NCBI GenBank assembly: GCA_022563405.1 | Contig: JADFNK010000001.1 | Span: forward strand, 33,980-97,979 | DNA length: 64,000 bases | Direction: 5' to 3' | Source of the DNA: Gemmatimonadota bacterium | GTDB lineage: Bacteria; Gemmatimonadota; Gemmatimonadetes; Longimicrobiales; Gaopeijiaceae | Translations under genes and position numbers: made by a program | In this document: one piece after another, positions 43,287-52,507 of the stretch | Position numbering within the stretch: the first letter of the stretch is position 1 | How the letters are laid out: each line of letters opens with the position of its first letter | Notes under the pieces: generated by a model | The model's input: only the letters and a program-made list of their open reading frames with translations | Databases searched by the model: none | What the model was told of the DNA's origin: nothing

Positions 43287-45170
43287 GTGACGCTCTACAC
43301 TCGGGTCCTCTCGTACCTTCGTCCCTACCCATTCGCTCTCGCTGCGGCGGGTGCTGCAATTTTCGCGTTCGCCGCGCTCGACGCTTCGGCATACGTGCTG
43401 CTCATTCCTTTTGTGGACACGCTCTTCCGTGCCGGACCGACCGGAGGAGGTGGAGCGTTATCCGGTGAGGCGGGTGGTCCGGACCTGATGACCAGGGTCC
43501 TGGACGTTACGGTGTACCGGTTGGTGGACGTCGAGGGTGACCCACTCCAGGCGGTCCAGGGGATCGTCGTTCTCATCCTGGTCGTATTTCTGCTCAAGAA
43601 CGTATTCGACTTCGCCCGGACCTATCTGGTGGCGTGGGTGGAGCAGACCGTGACACGGGACTTGCGGAACGAGGTCTACGATCACGTTCTACGGCTCGAC
43701 CTTTCTTTCTTCGCCGGGACGAAGGTCGGACAGATCACTTCCCGGATCACCCACGACGTGGAGCAACTGCGTCGTCTCCTCACGACGGAGTTGGCGAGGC
43801 TTCTGTCGTCCGGTTTCGAGGTCGCCGCGTTAGTGGCTCTCATGCTGCTCCTGTCTTGGAAGCTCACACTCGCGGCGTTCGTGGTGATTCCCGGTACCAT
43901 GGGGGTCTGGGCTTTATTGGTGAAGCCCCTCCGACGGGGCGATCGGCGCGTCTTGGATCTGGCCGGAGAGGTGAGCGCTCGGATTCAGGAGACTCTGTCC
44001 GGAATTCGGGTGGTTAAATCCTCTTCCGCGGAGGAAATGGAGCGGGAACGGTTCCGCTCCGTCACGGGTGATTATCACAGGACGTTTTTGAGAGCGGAAC
44101 GGTTACGGGCCCTCGCGGGCCCCCTCACCGAGACGCTCGCGACGGTTGGCACCGTCGTCATCCTGTTGTACGGGGCTCGTCTGGTGTTGTCGGATGGAGC
44201 GTTGAGCGGGGCCCAGTTCGTCAGTTTCATCGCCCTCAGTCTCAAGCTCTACAGGCCCGTGAAGTACGCGGCCAAGTTCCCGACGCTGGTGCAGCCCGGG
44301 CTCGCGGGGGCCGAGCGCGTCTTCGAATTCCTGGAGACACCCATCACCATCAGGGATCGGCCCGGGGCGAAAGTCCTGAGAAATCCGACCGGCGCCATCA
44401 CGTTCGAAAACGTCACCTTCGAATACCGACCCGGCGAGCCCGTACTCCGAGACATCACCATGGAAATTCCGGCCGGAAGTGTCGTGGCCCTGGTCGGACC
44501 GAGTGGCGCGGGGAAGAGTACACTCGCAGATCTCGTGGTGCGGTTCCACGACGTGACGTCGGGTCGAGTCACCGTCGATGGTGTGGACGTGAGGGACTGG
44601 ACGGTTTCGAGTCTGCGTGCGTCGATGGGCATCGTACCCCAGGAGACCGTGCTCTTCCACGATACGATCGCCGCCAATATCACATATGGGACCAAGGATG
44701 CGACGGACCTGGAAATCCGGCGTGCGGCGCGAGCAGCCAATGCCCACGGATTCATCACTGCCCTGCGGGGGGGGTACGAGATGGTGGTGGGCGAACGGGG
44801 CACTCGGCTGTCGGGTGGCGAGCGCCAGCGCATCGCGCTTGCGAGGGCGATCCTCTCAGATCGTCCCATCCTCATTCTCGACGAAGCCACGAGCGCCCTC
44901 GATACCGAGTCGGAACGCCTGGTGCAGGAGGCCGTGGGGCGCCTCATGGGCGGGCGCACGGTGCTGGTGATCGCCCACCGGCTGTCGACCGTCCGGCGCG
45001 CCGATCTCATCCTCGTGCTGAAGGGCGGGCGGATCGTCGAACGGGGCGACCATAACTCGCTGTTCGCGGCGAGCGGGCTCTATCGGCGCTTGTACGAGCT
45101 TCAGCACCCCGAAGCGGCTTTCCCTTCTACCGAGAGCGAGCCCGCGCCACGTGTGGAGGTCCGGGCCTGA
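43287..45170 (+). CDS. msbA: ABC exporter, MsbA-like lipid flippase
   Basis: 627 aa. 6-TM region plus GPSGAGKST, LSGGERQRIALARA, ILILDEATSALD. Immediately precedes a lipid A acyltransferase-like gene. Confidence 0.85.
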   Translation: MTLYTRVLSYLRPYPFALAAAGAAIFAFAALDASAYVLLIPFVDTLFRAGPTGGGGALSGEAGGPDLMTRVLDVTVYRLVDVEGDPLQAVQGIVVLILVVFLLKNVFDFARTYLVAWVEQTVTRDLRNEVYDHVLRLDLSFFAGTKVGQITSRITHDVEQLRRLLTTELARLLSSGFEVAALVALMLLLSWKLTLAAFVVIPGTMGVWALLVKPLRRGDRRVLDLAGEVSARIQETLSGIRVVKSSSAEEMERERFRSVTGDYHRTFLRAERLRALAGPLTETLATVGTVVILLYGARLVLSDGALSGAQFVSFIALSLKLYRPVKYAAKFPTLVQPGLAGAERVFEFLETPITIRDRPGAKVLRNPTGAITFENVTFEYRPGEPVLRDITMEIPAGSVVALVGPSGAGKSTLADLVVRFHDVTSGRVTVDGVDVRDWTVSSLRASMGIVPQETVLFHDTIAANITYGTKDATDLEIRRAARAANAHGFITALRGGYEMVVGERGTRLSGGERQRIALARAILSDRPILILDEATSALDTESERLVQEAVGRLMGGRTVLVIAHRLSTVRRADLILVLKGGRIVERGDHNSLFAASGLYRRLYELQHPEAAFPSTESEPAPRVEVRA

Positions 45171-45175
45171 AGGCT

Positions 45176-46063
45176 GTGACGGCCCGGTACCGGATCGAGT
45201 TCTGGACTTTTCGAGCTCTTTCCTGGATCGTGGCGGTGCTTCCGGAGCGAGCCGCATTGGGCCTGGCAAGTGCGCTCGGATGGTTTGCCGGTGTGGTGTT
45301 GCGGGTCCGTCGGGTCGACACCGATCGGCACCTCCAGATCGCGTTTCCTGAGCGGGATTCGGCCTGGCGGCGGCGTGCGGCGCGGGCCAGTTACATACAT
45401 TTCGCCCGGGAGGCAGCCATGACCATCCGCCTTTCGCGGATGCCCCCGGAGGAGATCGTTCGGCGCACGGAGGTAGTGGGTCTCGAAGCCCTGAAGGAAG
45501 CCGCCTCCGAGGGTAAGGGGGCCGTCATGATTTCCGGGCACTTGGGCAACTGGGAAATGGCGGCGGCTTCGGTGGCGGTGAGGGGCGTACCGATGGATGT
45601 GGCGGCTCATCTCCAGAAGAACCCGTTGTTCTACCGCCATATGGTTGAGTTGCAGAATCGTCTCGGACTGACTGTCATCGTGAAGAACGAAGCGTTTCGT
45701 CTGGTGCCGCAGGCGCTCGCCGCGGGCCGAGTGGTCGCCCTGATTGCGGACCAGAACATCCGGCAACGCGGAGTCTTCGTCGATTTTTTCGGGAAGGCGG
45801 CCGCCACCGCCAAGGGTCCCGCATTGTTCGCCCTCCGCACGGGTGCTCCGGTCTTCTTGGGCGTGGCGGTTCGGAAACAAGGTCACCCCTCGCGGTACCG
45901 GGTCACCATCGAACCCGTTCCGGTCGAGAAGGGAGCCCGTGGTGCGGATGCGATCCGTGACTTGACCCAGCGGCACGTCTCCATACTCGAGTCACACATT
46001 CGCAAAGCGCCGGGCCAGTACTTCTGGCAGCATCGCCGGTGGAAGACGCGTCCGGAGCGGTAA
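45176..46063 (+). CDS. Lysophospholipid/lipid A late acyltransferase family (LpxL/HtrB-like)
   Basis: 295 aa with the HLGNWE (HX4E) acyltransferase motif. Confidence 0.82.
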   Translation: MTARYRIEFWTFRALSWIVAVLPERAALGLASALGWFAGVVLRVRRVDTDRHLQIAFPERDSAWRRRAARASYIHFAREAAMTIRLSRMPPEEIVRRTEVVGLEALKEAASEGKGAVMISGHLGNWEMAAASVAVRGVPMDVAAHLQKNPLFYRHMVELQNRLGLTVIVKNEAFRLVPQALAAGRVVALIADQNIRQRGVFVDFFGKAAATAKGPALFALRTGAPVFLGVAVRKQGHPSRYRVTIEPVPVEKGARGADAIRDLTQRHVSILESHIRKAPGQYFWQHRRWKTRPER

Positions 46064-46154
46064 CTACCTTCGGAACCGCACTCACTCTGATTCGCTATCT
46101 TTGTTTAGATTTCTAGTCTCGCCTGGACATGGCCCCTTTGGGTAGCATCGACCC

Positions 46155-46925
46155 TTGATCTACATCTGCATTCCTGCGCACAACGAAGAGCGAACCATCG
46201 GGGTTCTTCTTTGGAAGATCCGGAAGGTGATGCGCGAATTCGGCCGTGACTACGAGGTTCTGGTGCTCGATGATGGTTCCACTGACGGGACCGCCACGGT
46301 CCTCGACCGTTACCGCAATGTCCTTCCGCTACGAGTTCTCAAGGAAGAACATCGCGGGGGGTATCCGGGCGCCGTTCAGCGTTTACTTCGGGAGGCGCTC
46401 GATCGCACGAGCTACCCGAAGAGAGACGCCGCGGTCTTGTTGCAAGCGGACTTCTCGGAGAGCCCCGACTACATCGTTCCACTGCTCAAGGCACTGGAGG
46501 GTGGGGCTGACATCGTTGCCGGTGTGGTCGAAGAGAACGGGCGCTCCGCGCCCAACGGGCATCCTGCGCCCCGCGCGGTCCGTGTGGTCAGGCGGATGGC
46601 CCCGTGGGTCCTCGGAAAGGCTTATGACGGTGCACCGGTGTCCGATCCACTGTCCGGATTTCGGGCGTACCGGCTGATCGTGCTGAAGAAGGCGTTGGCG
46701 GAGTTCAGAGGCAGGCCTTTCTTAACGACCGAAGGATGGGCGTCCAACGTAGAGCTGCTCGGCCTCGTCGCACCCCACGCACGACGGATTGCCGAAGCGC
46801 CCCTTACGCTGCGATACGATGTCGATGGGCGCCCCTCACGGTTCAGCGCGGTCCGAACCCTTAGGGGGCTGCTCCGTGTACGACGAGAGAGATGGGAGAG
46901 TCACGCAAGAGAGGGAAAGCAGTAA
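46155..46925 (+). CDS. Family 2 glycosyltransferase
   Basis: 256 aa. ICIPAHNEERTIG, VLVLDDGSTDGT, and a DxD-like QADFSE. Confidence 0.85.
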   Translation: MIYICIPAHNEERTIGVLLWKIRKVMREFGRDYEVLVLDDGSTDGTATVLDRYRNVLPLRVLKEEHRGGYPGAVQRLLREALDRTSYPKRDAAVLLQADFSESPDYIVPLLKALEGGADIVAGVVEENGRSAPNGHPAPRAVRVVRRMAPWVLGKAYDGAPVSDPLSGFRAYRLIVLKKALAEFRGRPFLTTEGWASNVELLGLVAPHARRIAEAPLTLRYDVDGRPSRFSAVRTLRGLLRVRRERWESHAREGKQ

Positions 46926-46944
46926 TGGGGCGGATAAAGCAGTG

Positions 46945-47829
46945 ATGCACAGAAGATGTCTGGCGGTTGGTCTGGCGCTGATGTTGGGCCTCGCGACACC
47001 CGAGGTGGGGGTCGGGCAGGGTGCCGATACGGACCTCGACCCGCGGTTGGCCGACCCCCTCACGGCGGCCGACACCCCAGAGGCCCACCGTGCTGACTCG
47101 GTCAGCTACGAGATCGATCCTTTCGCAGCGGTCGTTCCGTTTGGCCCCGGAGAGCGGCTGGAGTACAAGGTCAAGCTCGGCATCTTCAACGCGGGTGAGG
47201 CACACATGGAGGTTCTGGGCATCGACACGGTACGAGGTGAGCCCACGTACCACATCGACGTGGCCATGGAGGGGAGCCTCCTGTTGGGAGCCTTCAAGCT
47301 GGACAGTCGTTTCGAGTCGTGGCTCGACACGCGACTGATCATGAGTCGCCGATACATCTCGGACGAGAGCTACACCGGCTACAGCAGCTACCGTTCGTTC
47401 GAGTTCTACCCGGACCAGATGTACTGGCATCAGACGGACGAGGACGTGATCGGTGAGTTGGCGACCGCCCTTCCCCTGGACGACATCTCGTTCATCTATT
47501 TCCTCCGGTCTCTTCCGCTCGAGGTCGGACAGACCTACACGTATTCACGGTACTTCAAGAAGGACGGCAACCCTGTCATCATCGAGGTCGAGCGCCGGGA
47601 TGTGCGTGAAACCGCCGCCGGTACTTTCAACACGATCGTAGTGCGCCCCACGATTCAGACCGACGGACTCTTCGCGGATGGGGGAGACGCAGAACTACAC
47701 TTCACCGACGACGAGAATCGGTACCTCGTGTACATGCGCGTCGGGATGCCGTTTATCGGCTCCATCACGCTGCACCTCGAGAAAATCATACCGGGAACGC
47801 TCATCCACCCTGGGGCGGCTGCCCGCTAG
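46945..47829 (+). CDS. DUF3108-like secreted protein
   Basis: Internal ATG (MHRRCLAVGLALMLGLA...) of ORF 46789..47829. FGPGERLEYKVKLGIFNAGEAHMEV is the typical DUF3108 opening. Confidence 0.72.
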   Translation: MHRRCLAVGLALMLGLATPEVGVGQGADTDLDPRLADPLTAADTPEAHRADSVSYEIDPFAAVVPFGPGERLEYKVKLGIFNAGEAHMEVLGIDTVRGEPTYHIDVAMEGSLLLGAFKLDSRFESWLDTRLIMSRRYISDESYTGYSSYRSFEFYPDQMYWHQTDEDVIGELATALPLDDISFIYFLRSLPLEVGQTYTYSRYFKKDGNPVIIEVERRDVRETAAGTFNTIVVRPTIQTDGLFADGGDAELHFTDDENRYLVYMRVGMPFIGSITLHLEKIIPGTLIHPGAAAR

Positions 47830-47898
47830 AACCGGAGGGGCCTCGACCCTCGCGGTGGCCTACGAACTTCCGGGACACGACACCCAGGTGGTGAGCAC

Positions 47899-48456
47899 GT
47901 GAGCCGGCGACTCGACCTGAGAAAGCTTCGCCTGAGGGCCGTCTGGCTTCTCATCCTTCCGTTTTACATTTTTGCAGCCCCCGCGGTGAACCTGTTGTGG
48001 TGGGGCGCCGGCCTGAGCGCAGCGGGGCTCGCACTCAGGGCTTGGGCCGCGGGGTCCATTCGGAAGGATCGTGAACTGGCCACGACCGGACCGTATGCTC
48101 ACACCCGGAATCCACTCTACCTGGGCAGCTTCATGCTTGGCACGGGTGTGACGCTCGCCGGGGGGCTGTGGGTGTTCGGTGTGGCCTTCCTGGTGTTTTT
48201 TTTCCTGGTCTACCGGGCGACCGTACGCCGTGAGGCCACGGAGTTGGAAGCGCGTTTCGGGGAGAGCTACACAACTTACGTTGCGCAGGTGCCCGCGGTG
48301 TTTCCGCGGATCACCGGGTACCAGGGCGGGGGCTCGGATTCGGCACGGGGTGGGTTCTCCCCAGCCCGCTACCTTCGCAATCGCGAATGGGAGGCGGCAC
48401 TCGGAGCGGTTGCGGCCTTCGGCCTACTGGCTTTGAAGCTGCGGCTCTGGCTTTGA
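47899..48456 (+). CDS. Isoprenylcysteine carboxyl / phospholipid methyltransferase family membrane protein
   Basis: 185 aa, polytopic. GPYAHTRNPLYLG plus REATELEARFGESY. Confidence 0.8.
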   Translation: MSRRLDLRKLRLRAVWLLILPFYIFAAPAVNLLWWGAGLSAAGLALRAWAAGSIRKDRELATTGPYAHTRNPLYLGSFMLGTGVTLAGGLWVFGVAFLVFFFLVYRATVRREATELEARFGESYTTYVAQVPAVFPRITGYQGGGSDSARGGFSPARYLRNREWEAALGAVAAFGLLALKLRLWL

Positions 48457-48499
48457 CGAACCTCTAGAGGTCGGACAGGGGGGCGGGTCGCGCTAGGAT

Positions 48500-48967
48500 C
48501 TATCCGATCCCGACTTGGCGTTGTAGCCAACGTATGTAGCCCACGATCTCCAGGACGATTTCGTCCGTTACGCCGGGGACGGGCGGCATGTCACCGAAGC
48601 GCCAGTGATGGGCCCGTACGCCATTACGTGCGGCCAGAATGAAGGCTGCATCGGCGTGGTGGTTGGGTTCATAAATGATGTCTACCAGGGGCGGACCTTG
48701 GGTGGTACCGTCGCCGGCCGGACCATGACAGACGCTGCAGTTTTGTGCGAACAACGTCTTGCCCTCTGCCAGTTCAGGTGGAGATGTCGCTGCGATCCCG
48801 CGAAGTACGACCTGCCTTTCGTCGGTCGGCGGAGCCGGAGCGGGAGCCTCAGAGGGAGACGGAGACGGAGACCGACCTTCTGGCTCGGCACCGCATGCCG
48901 TGCCCACAATCGAGAACAAGAGGGCCGCTCCAACGGTCCAGAATCCTGATCTGTTACGTATAGTCAC
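48500..48967 (-). CDS. Lipoprotein c-type cytochrome
   Basis: 155 aa. Lipobox VGTAC, one CSVCHG heme-binding site, and a distal Met region (FGDMPP). Confidence 0.8.
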   Translation of the reverse strand: MTIRNRSGFWTVGAALLFSIVGTACGAEPEGRSPSPSPSEAPAPAPPTDERQVVLRGIAATSPPELAEGKTLFAQNCSVCHGPAGDGTTQGPPLVDIIYEPNHHADAAFILAARNGVRAHHWRFGDMPPVPGVTDEIVLEIVGYIRWLQRQVGIG

Positions 48968-49031
48968 CTTCGCTCCTAGTCAGCTTGGCTCCGCATGTCC
49001 GGGGCGCTGTGCGGTCACAGGTTTGCCCTGG

Positions 49032-50078
49032 TCACAGGTAGTTACGGACGGCCAGGTCCACTTTCTCGAGGACCATCTCGGCTGTCACTCGTTTCATGCC
49101 GTTTCTCTGGTCCATGGAAATCGGGTATTCCTCGCCTGGAAATTCGGCGTATCCGTCGACCACCAGGTCATAATAACGGCGGTAGGGTCCCGAGCGTTTC
49201 GGATTGGTGCACCCGTAGATACCGACGACCGGCGTCTCGAGGGCCCGGCTGATGTGTAAAGGTCCCGTGTCGGGGCTTACAGTCAAGGCGCTGCCGTCGA
49301 GGAGGTAAACGAGGCGGCGCAGGTCGTCTCCGATGGCGTCGATGGGATGGGCTTTCGTCAAGCTGAGAATCTCGTCCGCCATCTCGCGTTCGAGCTTGGA
49401 CGGTCCACCCACGAGAATGGGCTGGAGCCCATGCGTCGACTCGATCTCCTCCAGAATTCGTGCGTATCCCTCGGCGGTCCAATTTTTCCTGGGCTTGGTA
49501 GTGGCGACTACGACGGAACAGGCTGGCTTGTCCAATTCGGAGAAGAACGACGCCTGGGCCTCGCGGTCCTGGTCCGCGATGGGGATGTCCCATTCGACGG
49601 GCTCGGGATCGACGCCCAAGTAGTGCAGGAACTCGAAATACTGTGCCTGCACGTGTTGAGGGGGCTGCGGGGGAATACGCTCATTCGTGAAGATCCAGTT
49701 GGCGTCGCGTGCGCGTGCCGTGTCGAAGCCCAGCTTTCTTTTCGCCGGTAGCATGCCGACGACGATGCCGGCTTTGAGGTAGACCTGGAGCGCGAGGGCG
49801 AGATCGAAGTGCTTCCCTCGTACATAGTGGCCGAGGTCGGCGAAGTTGGTCCAGGATCGTAACCCGCCCCTCCTCCTCTCGAACACGATAAGCTCATCGA
49901 TGGCGGCGTGTCCCTCGACGAGTGCCCTGAGCGTGGGCTGGATGATCCACGAAATCCGAACGTCCGGCCAGGCACGTTTCAGCGCGTTGGCCACGGGGAG
50001 GACGTGGACGGCGTCACCGATGGCGCTCAGCATCACGATGCAAACGCTGCCGATAGGTCCGTTCGCCTGGGTCGTCAT
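49032..50078 (-). CDS. Family 9 glycosyltransferase (LPS heptosyltransferase-like)
   Basis: 348 aa. IVMLSAIGDAVHVLPV, and the C-terminal SPDTGPLHISRALETPVVGIYG. Confidence 0.88.
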   Translation of the reverse strand: MTTQANGPIGSVCIVMLSAIGDAVHVLPVANALKRAWPDVRISWIIQPTLRALVEGHAAIDELIVFERRRGGLRSWTNFADLGHYVRGKHFDLALALQVYLKAGIVVGMLPAKRKLGFDTARARDANWIFTNERIPPQPPQHVQAQYFEFLHYLGVDPEPVEWDIPIADQDREAQASFFSELDKPACSVVVATTKPRKNWTAEGYARILEEIESTHGLQPILVGGPSKLEREMADEILSLTKAHPIDAIGDDLRRLVYLLDGSALTVSPDTGPLHISRALETPVVGIYGCTNPKRSGPYRRYYDLVVDGYAEFPGEEYPISMDQRNGMKRVTAEMVLEKVDLAVRNYL

Positions 50079-50974
50079 GACGTTGTCCTGTCCAGGCCCA
50101 GCAAGTGGTTCATCTCGTCCTTGGTCAGATTCCCCCCGCCGTCTTGGTCGGTCCGCTGCTGGGACCGTTGATGTGTACGATCGAGTTTACGGATCGAACG
50201 AGCAAGCCGTCGCTGAAGCCTTCCGGCATTCACAGAGTCGCCCGGCCCCGCCAGCCTACACCCGTCCAGGTCGAGTAGAATAGCATGGACGTGCTGCTCT
50301 TCTCGAGCAATAAGGATGTTCCTGGCGTTCAGATCCTTGTGACGCACACCCGCCTCCGACAAGCGTGTGATCAGGTCTCTGGTGCAGGTCAGGGCCTCTC
50401 GGCGTGCGTCTCCGGCGGCACGTCCATCGGAGGGGTCGTGGATACCGAACAGTACATCAGCGAGAGTCCGGGCGTGGGGCACGAACTCTGTGACGAGGTC
50501 GGCTCGGTAGAGGACACCCCTTGGATACACGGCTGCAGCCACGATTCGGGGTGTGGTGAAACCCAGCTCCACGATCCGGGCGCTGCTCTCCAGTTCGATG
50601 AAACTCCGGGGCCGTCCCAGCCGAAGGAAGCGGTCACCGAAGGATCTCATGAGCCCGCCTCGGCGGTAACGTCGAACCACCCACGGTGGCCCCGCCCCGT
50701 CCGGATTCGCCACGACCGGCACGGGCCCTCTCCCGTGGAGCGTCCGACGGGCCGAAGCGCGTGCGGCTTGGTACAGGGATCCATATTCTTCGACCGCTTG
50801 GCGACTCCAAGATGCGGCTTCGGGCCGTGCAAGGATCTGTGCTCTTCCTACCGTGATGCGTTTGAATCCTCTAGGCGGCTGTCCCTCCGGACCGATGTAC
50901 GGTCCCTCCCGCTCGACGTTGTCGTCCCGGCGGGGCTCCTGAGGGCCTACCGAGGATGGTTCGCTGTCTCTCAT
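50075..50974 (-). CDS. Lipopolysaccharide core kinase family (Kdo/InaA-like)
   Basis: Internal ATG at 50974 (ATGA overlap with the upstream GT9 stop) within ORF 50075..51157. RYRRGG, GVRHKDLNARNILI, LLDLDG. Confidence 0.78.
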   Translation of the reverse strand: MRDSEPSSVGPQEPRRDDNVEREGPYIGPEGQPPRGFKRITVGRAQILARPEAASWSRQAVEEYGSLYQAARASARRTLHGRGPVPVVANPDGAGPPWVVRRYRRGGLMRSFGDRFLRLGRPRSFIELESSARIVELGFTTPRIVAAAVYPRGVLYRADLVTEFVPHARTLADVLFGIHDPSDGRAAGDARREALTCTRDLITRLSEAGVRHKDLNARNILIAREEQHVHAILLDLDGCRLAGPGDSVNAGRLQRRLARSIRKLDRTHQRSQQRTDQDGGGNLTKDEMNHLLGLDRTTS

Positions 50975-52071
50975 CAGTGGCGCCCAACTCCGTATCGCTC
51001 GCGGGCCCGGCTGACACGTTCTAGAACGTCTCTGATCCCGATTCCCGGCATTCGTCCCGGGCGGGGTCCGTAGTGGGCTGGGGTCCGGGTCTCGCCGGGA
51101 TCCGTGTATCGGTCCACGACCAGGTCGTGGTAACGCTCGTACGGGCCGACCCTCCACGGATTGGTGTGGCCGAAGAGCCCGATCACGGGAACGCCCATCG
51201 CGTGGGCGATATGGAGGGCCCCGGTGTCCGGGCTGATGACGAGGTCACACCCTCGGATGCTCCAGATCAATTGCCGTACCGAATTGGACAGCGCCGACCT
51301 CGCGGTGACCGCTCCGTCGTGCATGATGGCTTGCGCGGTGGCTTGCTCCTTCTCCCCTGGCCCCCCCAACAGAAGCACGTCGAATCCGAACTCGGCCTCC
51401 AGAGCGCGAGCGAGCGACACGTACCGGTCGGTTGGCCAATCTTTTGCCCGGCTGGCGGTGCCCAATGCCAACCCGACCACCGTCGCACCTGCCGAAGGTA
51501 AGAAAAAAGTCTCGGCTGCCGACTCCTCATCTTCCGACAGAGTGATCTCCCACTCCAGGGGGTCCGGTCTCTCGACGCCCACAACATCCAGAAACTCCAG
51601 GAACAGATCCTGCGTGTGTCGCCACTCCCCTCCCGCTGTGTACTCGGTGTTGACGAACCGGACTCCATCACGTGTCCTCGAGGGCGCGAGGCCCACTCGT
51701 ACCGGTGCGCCCGAGAGGTAGGCCGGGAAGATACTCTTGGCGTAGCGCTGCATGTTCAGCGTCAGATCGCAGGAGGGTCCGGCGCGAAAGGCGTTCCAAA
51801 GATCGTATACTCCCCGGAGACCTCTCTCCGGCCGGAAGACGATTACTTGGTCCACCGCCGGGTGATGCTCGAGGACCTGCGCCGGTACGGCTTCGGCGAC
51901 CCAGATGATCTTCCTGGAAGGCCGATCGCGTTTTAGGGCCACGGCAACGGGAAGTCCGTGAACGACGTCCCCGATGCCCGAAAGGAGCACGATACAGACA
52001 CGGTCGCCTGGGGTGGCCTGGGCTGCCGTCCTCTGAAGTTCGCCGCCCTCGCGCGCACCGGGTCGGATCAT
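50974..52071 (-). CDS. Family 9 glycosyltransferase (second heptosyltransferase-like)
   Basis: 365 aa. IVLLSGIGDVVHGLPV and SPDTGALHIAHAMGVPVIGLFG. Confidence 0.88.
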   Translation of the reverse strand: MIRPGAREGGELQRTAAQATPGDRVCIVLLSGIGDVVHGLPVAVALKRDRPSRKIIWVAEAVPAQVLEHHPAVDQVIVFRPERGLRGVYDLWNAFRAGPSCDLTLNMQRYAKSIFPAYLSGAPVRVGLAPSRTRDGVRFVNTEYTAGGEWRHTQDLFLEFLDVVGVERPDPLEWEITLSEDEESAAETFFLPSAGATVVGLALGTASRAKDWPTDRYVSLARALEAEFGFDVLLLGGPGEKEQATAQAIMHDGAVTARSALSNSVRQLIWSIRGCDLVISPDTGALHIAHAMGVPVIGLFGHTNPWRVGPYERYHDLVVDRYTDPGETRTPAHYGPRPGRMPGIGIRDVLERVSRARERYGVGRH

Positions 52072-52478
52072 TCCGAGGAGCTCCCCGCGGGCAGTTCCAT
52101 CAGAAAAAGGGAGGGGCCCTCGTAGTCCCGGCCCTTGATACGGATCCGAAAGTGGTACGCCCCGGGTTCGGGAAAGACGATCCCCCGAAGTGGCATGACG
52201 ATCTGAGTGCGTGCAGGAGGGCTCTTAGGGTCACGCCGGTCCACTTCCGAGTGTCCTTTGATCGTCATCGTGGATTGGCCGGACGGCCCGGTCACTTCCA
52301 CGACGAAGTCGTAGTGGCCGATGTCGTTTCGGCTCCACTCCACAGCGATGACCAGCACCATGTCGTGTTTAGCGGGGAACCCCGGAGCGGCGAGATCATT
52401 GAAGACTCCGCGGATGTCGAGTTTACCGTCCGCGGTTTGCTCTGCGTGGTCGCAGACGAGGGCCAGCTGCAATTGCAT
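52068..52478 (-). CDS. Hypothetical protein coupled (ATGA) to the GT9 gene
   Basis: 136 aa, beta-rich-looking (MQLQLALVCDHAEQTADGKLDIRGVF...GAYHFRIRIKG). No family recognised. Confidence 0.6.
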   Translation of the reverse strand: MQLQLALVCDHAEQTADGKLDIRGVFNDLAAPGFPAKHDMVLVIAVEWSRNDIGHYDFVVEVTGPSGQSTMTIKGHSEVDRRDPKSPPARTQIVMPLRGIVFPEPGAYHFRIRIKGRDYEGPSLFLMELPAGSSSE

Positions 52479-52507
52479 CGTACCCGGTTCCTATGAAGGC
52501 TTCACGG

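Noticed and set aside
48466-48477. 12-bp palindrome ACCTCTAGAGGT between the convergent methyltransferase and cytochrome c genes
   Set aside because: There is no loop and no U-run, so it is neither a convincing terminator nor an operator in a 3'-3' junction.
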